64,000 bases of DNA from TPA_inf: Saccharomyces (taxonomy: Eukaryota). Positions within the stretch are counted from its first letter, which is position 1. Each line of letters begins with the position of its first letter. The translations under genes were made by a program, and so were the position numbers. Of this stretch, positions 21,821 to 32,185 are shown one piece after another. The notes under the pieces are model-generated. The model ran no database searches. It was not told the DNA's origin and worked only from the letters and a program-made list of their open reading frames with translations. Location of the stretch: positions 640,001-704,000 of the forward strand of contig BK006941.2 in assembly GCA_000146045.2 (NCBI GenBank), given 5' to 3'.

Positions 21821-22357
21821 TAATTTTATATATCTCTTTTTTTGCTTGTTGTACGGAAGTTCTGTCCATCCGGTGGGCGACCGGTATAGAATTATCGCGC
21901 CATCCATGAAGGTTGGCCCAGGGCCGAGTAAAGATTTAGGCAGGACCGGTGGTGGCCACTGCCTGGGAACGTCGGCCTACGGCTCGCTGCATGCCGTTGA
22001 AAAATTTCAATTGTAATTTGGAAAATTTAACCAAATGATAATTTCAATATGTACCACTAGCACTTTACGTCAAGAATCTCAAGCAAACCAAAGGGTTTTA
22101 ATCTTATACTTTTCCATTCTATTTTTTAATAGAATTTAAATCGGCAGCTCTTATACTTGGAAACAGGACGTTTTCATTTTGCTTTTTTGAAGGCCAGATA
22201 TTTGCTTTCACTTTAAGAACCAACTCCAAGAAATCTTCAAAGTTTCCTTTGTTAGATTTATCCTCTGATTGAATTATTGAAACCACAGGTATAATCACTT
22301 TGGGGTAGAACATTATAGTTTTCATAGAAATTTTACAAAGGATCTCCTTCATATACC

Positions 22358-25300
22358 ATGGCTACAAGTGTTAAAAGAAAAGCATCTGAGACTTCTGACC
22401 AGAATATTGTTAAAGTGCAAAAGAAACATTCCACACAGGACAGCACAACTGACAACGGATCCAAAGAAAATGATCACAGTAGTCAAGCCATCAACGAGCG
22501 TACCGTGCCCGAGCAAGAAAACGACGAAAGCGATACTTCACCTGAAAGTAACGAGGTCGCTACTAACACTGCTGCGACTCGCCACAATGGAAAGGTTACT
22601 GCAACAGAGTCCTATGATATTCACATAGCTAGAGAAACGGCTGAATTATTCAAGTCTAATATTTTCAAGTTACAAATTGACGAATTACTGGAGCAAGTGA
22701 AGTTAAAACAAAAACATGTTCTGAAAGTCGAAAAATTTCTACACAAGTTATATGATATTCTCCAGGAAATTCCTGATTGGGAGGAAAAGTCATTAGCTGA
22801 AGTGGACTCCTTCTTCAAAAACAAGATTGTTTCTGTTCCATTTGTTGACCCCAAACCTATTCCTCAAAATACTAATTATAAATTCAATTACAAGAAACCA
22901 GACATCTCCTTAATTGGCTCCTTTGCTCTTAAAGCTGGAATTTATCAACCTAACGGCTCTTCCATTGATACTTTACTAACAATGCCAAAGGAGTTGTTCG
23001 AAAAAAAAGATTTCTTAAATTTCAGGTGCTTACACAAGAGGAGCGTTTATTTAGCATACCTAACCCACCACCTATTGATATTATTGAAAAAAGATAAATT
23101 AGACTCATTTTTGCAACTCGAGTATTCTTATTTTGATAATGATCCGCTTTTACCAATTTTAAGAATTAGTTGTTCCAAACCAACGGGTGATTCTCTTTCT
23201 GATTATAACTTTTACAAGACCAGATTCTCTATCAACTTGCTTATTGGTTTCCCATACAAAGTCTTTGAACCAAAAAAACTGTTACCCAATAGAAACTGTA
23301 TTAGAATAGCACAAGAAAGCAAAGAGCAATCTTTACCAGCCACTCCTCTTTACAATTTTTCAGTGTTATCTTCTTCAACACATGAAAACTACCTGAAGTA
23401 TTTATACAAGACGAAGAAACAAACAGAATCTTTTGTTGAAGCTACTGTTTTAGGTAGATTATGGCTGCAGCAACGTGGGTTTTCATCCAATATGTCGCAT
23501 TCTGGTTCATTGGGTGGATTCGGTACTTTTGAATTTACTATCTTGATGGCAGCGTTATTAAACGGTGGTGGTATAAATAGTAACAAGATATTACTTCACG
23601 GGTTTTCATCATACCAATTGTTTAAAGGTGTAATAAAATACTTAGCCACTATGGATTTGTGCCACGACGGCCATTTACAATTTCATTCTAATCCAGAGAA
23701 TTCCTCCAGTTCACCAGCTTCTAAATATATTGATGAGGGTTTCCAAACTCCAACCTTATTTGATAAGTCAACCAAGGTCAATATTCTTACAAAAATGACT
23801 GTTTCTTCTTATCAAATTTTGAAAGAATATGCCGGTGAAACATTGAGAATGCTAAACAACGTTGTTCAAGACCAATTCTCAAATATTTTTTTGACTAATA
23901 TTAGCCGTTTTGACAATTTGAAGTACGATCTGTGTTACGATGTACAGTTACCTTTGGGTAAGTACAATAATTTAGAAACTTCTTTAGCTGCTACATTTGG
24001 GTCAATGGAAAGAGTAAAATTTATTACTCTGGAGAATTTCCTCGCCCACAAGATTACAAATGTTGCAAGGTATGCATTGGGCGATAGAATCAAATATATC
24101 CAAATTGAAATGGTTGGTCAAAAGTCCGATTTTCCAATCACCAAAAGAAAAGTGTACTCTAACACAGGAGGTAACCATTTCAACTTTGATTTTGTAAGAG
24201 TAAAATTGATTGTTAACCCCTCTGAATGTGACAAATTAGTCACCAAGGGCCCTGCTCATTCTGAAACTATGTCTACAGAAGCAGCCGTTTTTAAGAATTT
24301 TTGGGGAATTAAATCTTCCTTAAGAAGATTCAAGGATGGCTCCATCACCCATTGTTGTGTTTGGTCTACATCCTCATCAGAGCCCATCATTTCCTCAATT
24401 GTTAACTTTGCATTGCAGAAACATGTTTCAAAAAAGGCACAAATATCAAATGAGACTATCAAGAAGTTTCATAATTTCCTACCGTTGCCAAACTTACCCT
24501 CAAGTGCTAAAACATCAGTTTTGAACTTGAGCAGCTTTTTCAACTTAAAGAAATCCTTTGACGATTTATACAAAATAATTTTCCAAATGAAGTTACCGCT
24601 TTCTGTAAAATCAATCTTACCGGTTGGCTCTGCATTTAGATACACTTCCTTATGCCAACCAGTACCATTCGCATACTCTGATCCAGATTTCTTTCAAGAC
24701 GTCATTTTGGAATTTGAAACCTCACCTAAATGGCCAGATGAAATTACTTCCTTAGAAAAGGCTAAAACAGCTTTTCTTCTCAAAATTCAAGAAGAATTAA
24801 GCGCTAACTCTTCAACTTATAGGTCGTTTTTCAGCAGAGATGAATCCATCCCATACAATTTAGAAATTGTAACCTTGAACATCTTGACACCTGAAGGTTA
24901 TGGATTCAAATTCAGAGTTCTAACTGAACGTGACGAAATCCTTTATTTAAGAGCTATAGCGAATGCTAGGAATGAGTTGAAACCAGAATTGGAGGCCACA
25001 TTCCTAAAATTTACTGCAAAATATCTGGCTTCCGTAAGACATACTCGTACTTTGGAGAATATATCTCATTCGTATCAATTCTACTCCCCTGTGGTAAGAC
25101 TATTCAAAAGATGGTTGGACACTCATTTATTACTAGGTCATATAACGGACGAATTAGCAGAGTTGATTGCCATTAAACCTTTTGTTGATCCTGCACCATA
25201 TTTCATTCCAGGTTCTCTTGAAAACGGTTTCCTCAAAGTGCTTAAGTTTATAAGTCAATGGAACTGGAAAGATGATCCATTGATTTTAGATCTAGTAAAA

Positions 25301-26071
25301 CCAGAAGATGATATAAGAGATACATTTGAAACAAGTATTGGAGCTGGCTCAGAGCTAGACTCCAAAACGATGAAAAAGCTTTCTGAAAGATTAACCCTAG
25401 CACAATATAAGGGCATTCAAATGAACTTCACGAACTTGAGGAACAGTGATCCCAACGGTACACATTTGCAATTTTTTGTTGCCTCTAAGAACGATCCAAG
25501 CGGTATTCTTTATTCATCAGGTATCCCACTACCCATTGCTACAAGGCTTACAGCATTAGCTAAAGTAGCCGTGAATCTTTTACAGACACACGGTTTAAAC
25601 CAGCAAACTATCAATCTTTTATTCACGCCTGGATTAAAAGATTACGATTTTGTCGTTGATTTGAGGACACCAATAGGTTTGAAATCATCCTGTGGTATAC
25701 TTTCAGCCACAGAGTTCAAGAATATAACTAACGATCAAGCCCCATCGAACTTTCCAGAGAATTTGAATGATTTAAGTGAAAAAATGGATCCAACATACCA
25801 GTTAGTGAAGTATTTGAACTTGAAGTACAAGAATAGTTTGATTTTATCAAGCCGCAAGTATATAGGTGTGAATGGTGGAGAGAAAGGAGATAAAAATGTC
25901 ATCACAGGGCTAATAAAGCCACTCTTCAAGGGAGCCCACAAATTTAGAGTAAACTTGGATTGCAACGTTAAACCAGTGGATGATGAGAATGTGATTTTAA
26001 ATAAAGAAGCCATATTTCATGAGATTGCTGCATTCGGGAATGACATGGTTATAAATTTTGAGACAGATTAG
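22358..26071 (+). CDS. UTP22: Utp22, SSU processome / UTP-C subunit, 1237 aa
   Basis: The ATG is at 22358 and the ORF is 1237 aa, matching YGR090W in position and length. An RRPE-like TGAAAAATTTC lies at 21997-22007 in the upstream region. Confidence 0.85.
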   Translation: MATSVKRKASETSDQNIVKVQKKHSTQDSTTDNGSKENDHSSQAINERTVPEQENDESDTSPESNEVATNTAATRHNGKVTATESYDIHIARETAELFKSNIFKLQIDELLEQVKLKQKHVLKVEKFLHKLYDILQEIPDWEEKSLAEVDSFFKNKIVSVPFVDPKPIPQNTNYKFNYKKPDISLIGSFALKAGIYQPNGSSIDTLLTMPKELFEKKDFLNFRCLHKRSVYLAYLTHHLLILLKKDKLDSFLQLEYSYFDNDPLLPILRISCSKPTGDSLSDYNFYKTRFSINLLIGFPYKVFEPKKLLPNRNCIRIAQESKEQSLPATPLYNFSVLSSSTHENYLKYLYKTKKQTESFVEATVLGRLWLQQRGFSSNMSHSGSLGGFGTFEFTILMAALLNGGGINSNKILLHGFSSYQLFKGVIKYLATMDLCHDGHLQFHSNPENSSSSPASKYIDEGFQTPTLFDKSTKVNILTKMTVSSYQILKEYAGETLRMLNNVVQDQFSNIFLTNISRFDNLKYDLCYDVQLPLGKYNNLETSLAATFGSMERVKFITLENFLAHKITNVARYALGDRIKYIQIEMVGQKSDFPITKRKVYSNTGGNHFNFDFVRVKLIVNPSECDKLVTKGPAHSETMSTEAAVFKNFWGIKSSLRRFKDGSITHCCVWSTSSSEPIISSIVNFALQKHVSKKAQISNETIKKFHNFLPLPNLPSSAKTSVLNLSSFFNLKKSFDDLYKIIFQMKLPLSVKSILPVGSAFRYTSLCQPVPFAYSDPDFFQDVILEFETSPKWPDEITSLEKAKTAFLLKIQEELSANSSTYRSFFSRDESIPYNLEIVTLNILTPEGYGFKFRVLTERDEILYLRAIANARNELKPELEATFLKFTAKYLASVRHTRTLENISHSYQFYSPVVRLFKRWLDTHLLLGHITDELAELIAIKPFVDPAPYFIPGSLENGFLKVLKFISQWNWKDDPLILDLVKPEDDIRDTFETSIGAGSELDSKTMKKLSERLTLAQYKGIQMNFTNLRNSDPNGTHLQFFVASKNDPSGILYSSGIPLPIATRLTALAKVAVNLLQTHGLNQQTINLLFTPGLKDYDFVVDLRTPIGLKSSCGILSATEFKNITNDQAPSNFPENLNDLSEKMDPTYQLVKYLNLKYKNSLILSSRKYIGVNGGEKGDKNVITGLIKPLFKGAHKFRVNLDCNVKPVDDENVILNKEAIFHEIAAFGNDMVINFETD

Positions 26072-26340
26072 AATAAACAACAAAATCATAACTTTTAGAA
26101 GTATCTGTATAATATTAAATAATTAAAGCAGCCGGCAGTTTACATAAAGAATATTTTTCTTTAATTCTTTTTTTTAGATGTGGTCCTTTCGGCGATTTGG
26201 CACAAGTTAACTTAGTATTTTTAAAAGTTTTGAATAGTACTGCTGTGGCGACGCTCAGAATAAAGCTAGGTAAACGATTTGAACGCCTCAACTAGCACTA
26301 TTTGATAGCATTTTGGCTGCAGAAAATATACAAAGACCTT

Positions 26341-27825
26341 ATGAGCTCTGAAGAGGACTATTTCGATGAGCTCGAATATGACCTTGCCGATGAAGTTAAT
26401 GAGGAAAAAGAAGACATACAAACTAAAAAGCTCACTACGGTAAATTGTCAAACAGAAAAATTCAATCCATTCGAAATTCTTCCGGAAAGTATAGAATTAT
26501 TCAGGACGTTGGCACTCATCAGTCCTGATAGGTTATCTCTATCAGAGACAGCACAGATTTTACCAAAAATTGTCGATTTAAAAAGAATCCTTCAACAACA
26601 AGAAATAGATTTCATTAAACTGTTACCGTTTTTTAACGAAATCATCCCCCTCATCAAGAGCAATATAAAATTAATGCACAATTTTCTAATCTCACTGTAC
26701 AGTAGACGTTTTCCAGAACTATCTTCATTGATACCATCACCATTACAATACTCAAAAGTGATAAGCATACTGGAAAATGAAAATTATTCAAAAAACGAAA
26801 GTGATGAACTATTTTTCCACTTGGAAAATAAAGCAAAATTGACCAGAGAGCAGATCCTCGTTTTAACAATGTCCATGAAGACGTCTTTCAAAAACAAAGA
26901 GCCATTGGACATCAAAACGAGGACGCAAATTTTAGAAGCAAATAGCATATTGGAAAATTTATGGAAACTACAAGAAGATATAGGTCAATACATAGCCTCA
27001 AAGATATCAATAATTGCCCCTAACGTGTGTTTCTTGGTAGGCCCGGAGATAGCAGCCCAATTAATAGCACATGCTGGAGGGGTTTTGGAGTTCAGTCGCA
27101 TTCCCAGTTGCAACATTGCGTCCATTGGGAAGAATAAGCACCTCTCACATGAGTTACATACATTAGAGAGTGGAGTACGACAAGAAGGATATCTATTTGC
27201 TTCTGACATGATTCAGAAATTTCCCGTTTCTGTCCATAAACAAATGCTTAGGATGCTTTGTGCAAAAGTATCACTAGCCGCAAGAGTTGATGCTGGCCAG
27301 AAAAACGGTGATAGAAATACAGTTTTAGCTCATAAATGGAAAGCCGAACTATCGAAGAAAGCTAGAAAGCTATCAGAAGCCCCGAGCATTTCTGAAACGA
27401 AGGCTCTACCTATTCCGGAGGACCAACCCAAAAAGAAAAGAGCTGGGAGAAAATTTAGGAAGTACAAGGAAAAATTCAGACTATCGCATGTCAGACAATT
27501 ACAAAATAGGATGGAATTTGGCAAGCAAGAACAAACTGTTCTTGATTCCTATGGTGAAGAAGTTGGTTTGGGTATGTCTAATACTTCTTTACAACAAGCA
27601 GTAGGAGCTACATCAGGTTCCAGAAGATCTGCTGGTAATCAAGCCAAGCTAACAAAGGTAATGAAGCACAGGATTTCTGAGGCTAATCAGCAAGCTGACG
27701 AATTCCTAATCTCCTTGGGTCATAATACAGAGCAACCGAATCTGTCGCCAGAGATGGTTCAAATGCACAAGAAACAGCATACTAACCCAGAAGAAGAGAC
27801 CAATTGGTTTTCCGGTCATGGTTAG
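26341..27825 (+). CDS. PRP31: Prp31, U4/U6.U5 tri-snRNP splicing factor, 494 aa
   Basis: The track ORF begins at a TTG at 26302; the ATG at 26341 gives 494 aa, starting MSSEEDYFDELEYDL.... The Nop-domain-like centre (APNVCFLVGPEIAAQLIAHAGGVLEFSRIPSCNIASIGK) fits the Prp31 family. It is at the YGR091W position. Confidence 0.85.
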   Translation: MSSEEDYFDELEYDLADEVNEEKEDIQTKKLTTVNCQTEKFNPFEILPESIELFRTLALISPDRLSLSETAQILPKIVDLKRILQQQEIDFIKLLPFFNEIIPLIKSNIKLMHNFLISLYSRRFPELSSLIPSPLQYSKVISILENENYSKNESDELFFHLENKAKLTREQILVLTMSMKTSFKNKEPLDIKTRTQILEANSILENLWKLQEDIGQYIASKISIIAPNVCFLVGPEIAAQLIAHAGGVLEFSRIPSCNIASIGKNKHLSHELHTLESGVRQEGYLFASDMIQKFPVSVHKQMLRMLCAKVSLAARVDAGQKNGDRNTVLAHKWKAELSKKARKLSEAPSISETKALPIPEDQPKKKRAGRKFRKYKEKFRLSHVRQLQNRMEFGKQEQTVLDSYGEEVGLGMSNTSLQQAVGATSGSRRSAGNQAKLTKVMKHRISEANQQADEFLISLGHNTEQPNLSPEMVQMHKKQHTNPEEETNWFSGHG

Positions 27826-27942
27826 GGCTCTTCTACATACTTGATAATATTTAAAAAGATATTATATAGTAGTGACCGGCGAGAGCGTTTTCGCTCATAA
27901 ATTTCGTAAAAAGCCAAACACCACACGCTGCAACCCAGATGC

Positions 27943-27978
27943 CCTTTTTAGGAAATGTAATTATTCAAAAAGTAAACA
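27943..27978 (+). promoter_or_regulatory. Mcm1 P-box core CCTTTTTAGG (27943-27952) with Forkhead site GTAAACA (27972-27978) upstream of DBF2
   Basis: The motifs were read directly from the sequence, about 210-245 bp upstream of the DBF2 ATG. The two sites are spaced about 20 bp apart, as in SFF/Mcm1-Fkh2 G2/M promoters. Confidence 0.55.
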
Positions 27979-28188
27979 ATGACATGTTTCATTCCTCAAT
28001 CTAAATCATTCGAAGCTACCTTGATGTTGAAGCCCTCCGCTTGTTGTTTATTTAAAAATAAATACAAGGAGGCAATTCGTCCAAGTAAATTATTGTAAGA
28101 TAGAAACCTTGCTAAAGATAGAAACTAATATACCAGAAAAATTCAAGCAACATCTACAGTATTCCTTGCTAAAGAAAAATTCTTTAAT

Positions 28189-29907
28189 ATGCTATCAAAA
28201 TCAGAAAAAAATGTCGACCTCTTGGCAGGCAATATGAGCAATTTGAGTTTCGATGGGCATGGGACTCCTGGGGGCACTGGACTATTTCCTAACCAAAATA
28301 TAACAAAGAGGAGGACAAGGCCTGCGGGTATCAATGATTCACCTTCGCCGGTAAAACCATCCTTTTTTCCTTACGAAGATACTTCCAACATGGACATAGA
28401 CGAAGTATCTCAACCTGATATGGATGTCTCGAACTCTCCCAAGAAGCTTCCACCAAAGTTTTACGAAAGAGCAACTTCAAATAAAACACAGAGAGTTGTT
28501 AGTGTTTGCAAAATGTACTTTCTAGAACATTACTGTGATATGTTTGACTATGTAATTAGTAGAAGACAACGCACGAAGCAAGTTCTAGAATACCTGCAAC
28601 AGCAAAGCCAACTTCCGAATTCTGACCAGATTAAACTCAACGAAGAGTGGTCCTCTTACTTACAAAGGGAACATCAGGTTTTGAGAAAAAGAAGGTTGAA
28701 ACCAAAAAATAGGGATTTTGAAATGATCACACAAGTAGGTCAAGGTGGTTATGGGCAAGTTTATTTAGCCAGAAAGAAAGACACAAAAGAGGTGTGTGCT
28801 TTGAAAATTTTGAACAAAAAACTATTGTTTAAGCTCAACGAGACAAAACACGTTTTAACTGAAAGAGATATCCTAACCACGACAAGGTCTGAATGGTTAG
28901 TAAAACTTCTGTATGCATTCCAAGACCTACAAAGTTTATACCTGGCTATGGAATTTGTACCAGGCGGTGATTTTCGTACATTATTAATAAATACTAGATG
29001 CTTGAAAAGTGGCCATGCGAGATTTTACATCAGTGAAATGTTTTGCGCTGTTAATGCGTTACATGATTTAGGCTATACACATAGAGATTTAAAGCCGGAA
29101 AACTTCTTAATCGATGCCAAGGGACATATAAAATTAACAGATTTTGGTTTGGCTGCTGGTACGATTTCTAATGAAAGAATTGAAAGTATGAAGATAAGGT
29201 TAGAAAAAATCAAGGACCTGGAATTTCCAGCGTTTACAGAGAAATCTATAGAAGATAGAAGAAAAATGTACAACCAGTTGAGGGAGAAGGAAATTAATTA
29301 TGCGAACTCCATGGTTGGGTCTCCGGATTATATGGCTTTGGAGGTTTTAGAAGGAAAGAAATATGACTTTACTGTGGATTACTGGTCGTTGGGTTGTATG
29401 CTGTTCGAAAGTTTAGTTGGTTATACACCATTTAGTGGATCATCGACTAATGAGACCTATGACAACTTAAGGCGCTGGAAACAAACTTTAAGAAGACCGA
29501 GACAATCTGATGGGAGGGCAGCATTCTCCGATAGAACTTGGGATTTAATAACAAGATTGATTGCCGATCCAATCAATCGATTAAGATCCTTCGAACATGT
29601 TAAACGCATGTCTTATTTTGCAGATATAAACTTTAGTACTTTGAGGTCAATGATCCCGCCTTTTACACCCCAACTAGACAGCGAAACTGATGCCGGTTAT
29701 TTTGATGACTTCACCAGTGAGGCTGACATGGCCAAATATGCTGATGTTTTCAAAAGACAAGACAAATTAACGGCTATGGTAGATGACTCGGCAGTATCAT
29801 CAAAACTTGTTGGGTTCACTTTCCGACATAGAAATGGTAAACAGGGTTCCAGTGGCATCTTATTCAACGGACTGGAACACTCAGACCCCTTTTCAACCTT
29901 TTACTAG
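28189..29907 (+). CDS. DBF2: Dbf2, NDR/LATS-family Ser/Thr kinase of the mitotic exit network, 572 aa
   Basis: The ATG is at 28189 and the ORF is 572 aa. Kinase motifs are present: GQGGYGQVY, HRDLKPENFLID, DFGLA and SPDYMALEV. An Mcm1 plus Fkh element pair lies upstream. Confidence 0.95.
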   Translation: MLSKSEKNVDLLAGNMSNLSFDGHGTPGGTGLFPNQNITKRRTRPAGINDSPSPVKPSFFPYEDTSNMDIDEVSQPDMDVSNSPKKLPPKFYERATSNKTQRVVSVCKMYFLEHYCDMFDYVISRRQRTKQVLEYLQQQSQLPNSDQIKLNEEWSSYLQREHQVLRKRRLKPKNRDFEMITQVGQGGYGQVYLARKKDTKEVCALKILNKKLLFKLNETKHVLTERDILTTTRSEWLVKLLYAFQDLQSLYLAMEFVPGGDFRTLLINTRCLKSGHARFYISEMFCAVNALHDLGYTHRDLKPENFLIDAKGHIKLTDFGLAAGTISNERIESMKIRLEKIKDLEFPAFTEKSIEDRRKMYNQLREKEINYANSMVGSPDYMALEVLEGKKYDFTVDYWSLGCMLFESLVGYTPFSGSSTNETYDNLRRWKQTLRRPRQSDGRAAFSDRTWDLITRLIADPINRLRSFEHVKRMSYFADINFSTLRSMIPPFTPQLDSETDAGYFDDFTSEADMAKYADVFKRQDKLTAMVDDSAVSSKLVGFTFRHRNGKQGSSGILFNGLEHSDPFSTFY

Positions 29908-30387
29908 CGTAAAAATGAATTCTTGTCTTGCATTCGCCGCGATATAATTAGCTTTAACGAGCTTCATGCAAACTTTTCAACTAGCACCTATGAACGCTTT
30001 TTTCATAAATATACATATATATATATATAGTTGTGCATTACTTAGGACTTCAAGCCCATTGTTTAAAATCTCAGTTCACGGTAACGGTCCATCCCATGAC
30101 CGTTTTGAACTAAACTTAAGCATTCATGTTGGGAGCGGCGAAACTTGGTAATGTTTTACAGGAAAACAGCAATGACCACTATTAATCGAAAATCTGCAAA
30201 AAATGAAAAGGAATGGGTGTTAACATCAATTGTTTTTTCAATGATAATTACAAATTGGACTGATACTACATTGCTAGATGTACAAAAAACGCAAGGTAGC
30301 TCTCTTAGAAGGATCCATAATATATAAAAAAGGGCTTATGGTTTACTGATATCTTTTTCACTTCAAAAACTTACATATAAAAATAGG

Positions 30388-31911
30388 ATGACAAATGCAA
30401 AGATTTTAGTAGCTCATATAAGTGAAAGCGATGCCGATGAGGCTATCAGAAAGATCAAGAAAGTGAATGAAAAATCAGGGCCCTTTGATCTAATAATTAT
30501 ATTCAGTAACTCGTATGATGAAAATTTTGAGCTGAATACTGATGGGTTACCTCAACTAATACTACTATCGTGTGATAAGGCTAACAATTCGAAATCCAAA
30601 AAGATAAATGAAAATGTAACATTGCTGCATAATATGGGTACTTATAAATTAGCAAATGGAATCACTCTTTCATATTTTATTTATCCGGATGATACTCTTC
30701 AAGGGGAGAAAAAAAGCATACTGGACGAATTTGGCAAAAGTGAGGATCAGGTAGACATTCTCCTTACAAAAGAATGGGGCCTTTCGATCTCTGAGAGATG
30801 TGGAAGGTTGTCTGGAAGTGAAGTTGTTGATGAATTGGCGAAAAAGTTACAAGCAAGGTACCATTTTGCCTTTTCAGATGAAATAAACTTTTACGAATTA
30901 GAGCCTTTCCAGTGGGAAAGAGAGCGCTTATCGAGGTTCCTCAATATTCCAAAATATGGATCTGGAAAGAAATGGGCCTATGCATTCAATATGCCAATAG
31001 GGGACAACGAACTAAAGGATGAACCTGAACCGCCCAACTTGATAGCTAACCCGTATAATAGCGTGGTTACAAACAGCAATAAAAGGCCACTAGAAACAGA
31101 AACAGAGAATTCGTTCGATGGAGACAAACAGGTACTTGCTAATAGAGAAAAGAATGAAAATAAAAAAATTCGAACGATTTTGCCGTCAAGTTGTCATTTC
31201 TGCTTTTCAAATCCAAACCTCGAGGATCATATGATAATATCAATCGGCAAACTAGTGTATTTAACCACAGCGAAGGGACCTTTAAGTGTTCCTAAGGGTG
31301 ATATGGATATCTCAGGCCATTGCCTCATTATTCCCATTGAACATATTCCGAAATTAGATCCAAGCAAGAACGCAGAGTTGACACAGAGTATTTTGGCTTA
31401 TGAAGCTAGTCTTGTGAAGATGAACTACATAAAATTTGATATGTGCACGATTGTCTTCGAAATACAGTCTGAACGTTCTATTCATTTCCACAAACAAGTT
31501 ATTCCCGTTCCAAAATACCTCGTTCTAAAGTTCTGCAGTGCCTTAGATAGACAGGTTCATTTCAATAACGAAAAATTCACAAGAAATGCTAAGCTAGAGT
31601 TCCAATGTTACGATTCACACTCTTCCAAACAATATGTGGATGTAATTAACAACCAATCCAATAATTATTTACAATTTACCGTCTACGAGACTCCTGAAGC
31701 GGACCCAAAGATATATTTGGCCACATTTAATGCCAGTGAGACAATAGATCTGCAGTTTGGACGACGTGTACTAGCCTTTTTACTTAACTTGCCACGCAGG
31801 GTGAAATGGAATTCTTCAACCTGTTTACAAACTAAGCAACAAGAGACTATAGAGGCTGAAAAGTTTCAAAAGGCCTACAGGACCTATGACATTTCTCTCA
31901 CAGAAAACTAA
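30388..31911 (+). CDS. DRN1: Drn1, CwfJ-family debranching-associated protein, 507 aa
   Basis: The ATG is at 30388 and the ORF is 507 aa, at the YGR093W position. It has a HIT-like or CwfJ-like C-terminal region (CHFCFSNPNLEDHMIISIGK...HCLIIPIEH). Confidence 0.8.
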   Translation: MTNAKILVAHISESDADEAIRKIKKVNEKSGPFDLIIIFSNSYDENFELNTDGLPQLILLSCDKANNSKSKKINENVTLLHNMGTYKLANGITLSYFIYPDDTLQGEKKSILDEFGKSEDQVDILLTKEWGLSISERCGRLSGSEVVDELAKKLQARYHFAFSDEINFYELEPFQWERERLSRFLNIPKYGSGKKWAYAFNMPIGDNELKDEPEPPNLIANPYNSVVTNSNKRPLETETENSFDGDKQVLANREKNENKKIRTILPSSCHFCFSNPNLEDHMIISIGKLVYLTTAKGPLSVPKGDMDISGHCLIIPIEHIPKLDPSKNAELTQSILAYEASLVKMNYIKFDMCTIVFEIQSERSIHFHKQVIPVPKYLVLKFCSALDRQVHFNNEKFTRNAKLEFQCYDSHSSKQYVDVINNQSNNYLQFTVYETPEADPKIYLATFNASETIDLQFGRRVLAFLLNLPRRVKWNSSTCLQTKQQETIEAEKFQKAYRTYDISLTEN

Positions 31912-32185
31912 ACTAAAACTATTTCATTTAGAATTTCAAATATATCCAAATATATGTATATATATGTAGAATACTAAGTCATGCTACCTCTGAACGTTTA
32001 AGAGACCTAGCAACTCAGAGGTGATGAATTAAAAGAAAAACCGGGTAAAGTTCTTCGAGAGACCGCGCTGAAAAAATTTTTTTAGAAGAGTCACCCATAC
32101 AGCCTACTGGTGTTCTCTGTGTGTGCTACCACTGGCTGTCATCGTTGTTGTATGTCCTTCAGATTTATGGAATTACTTAGATGGT

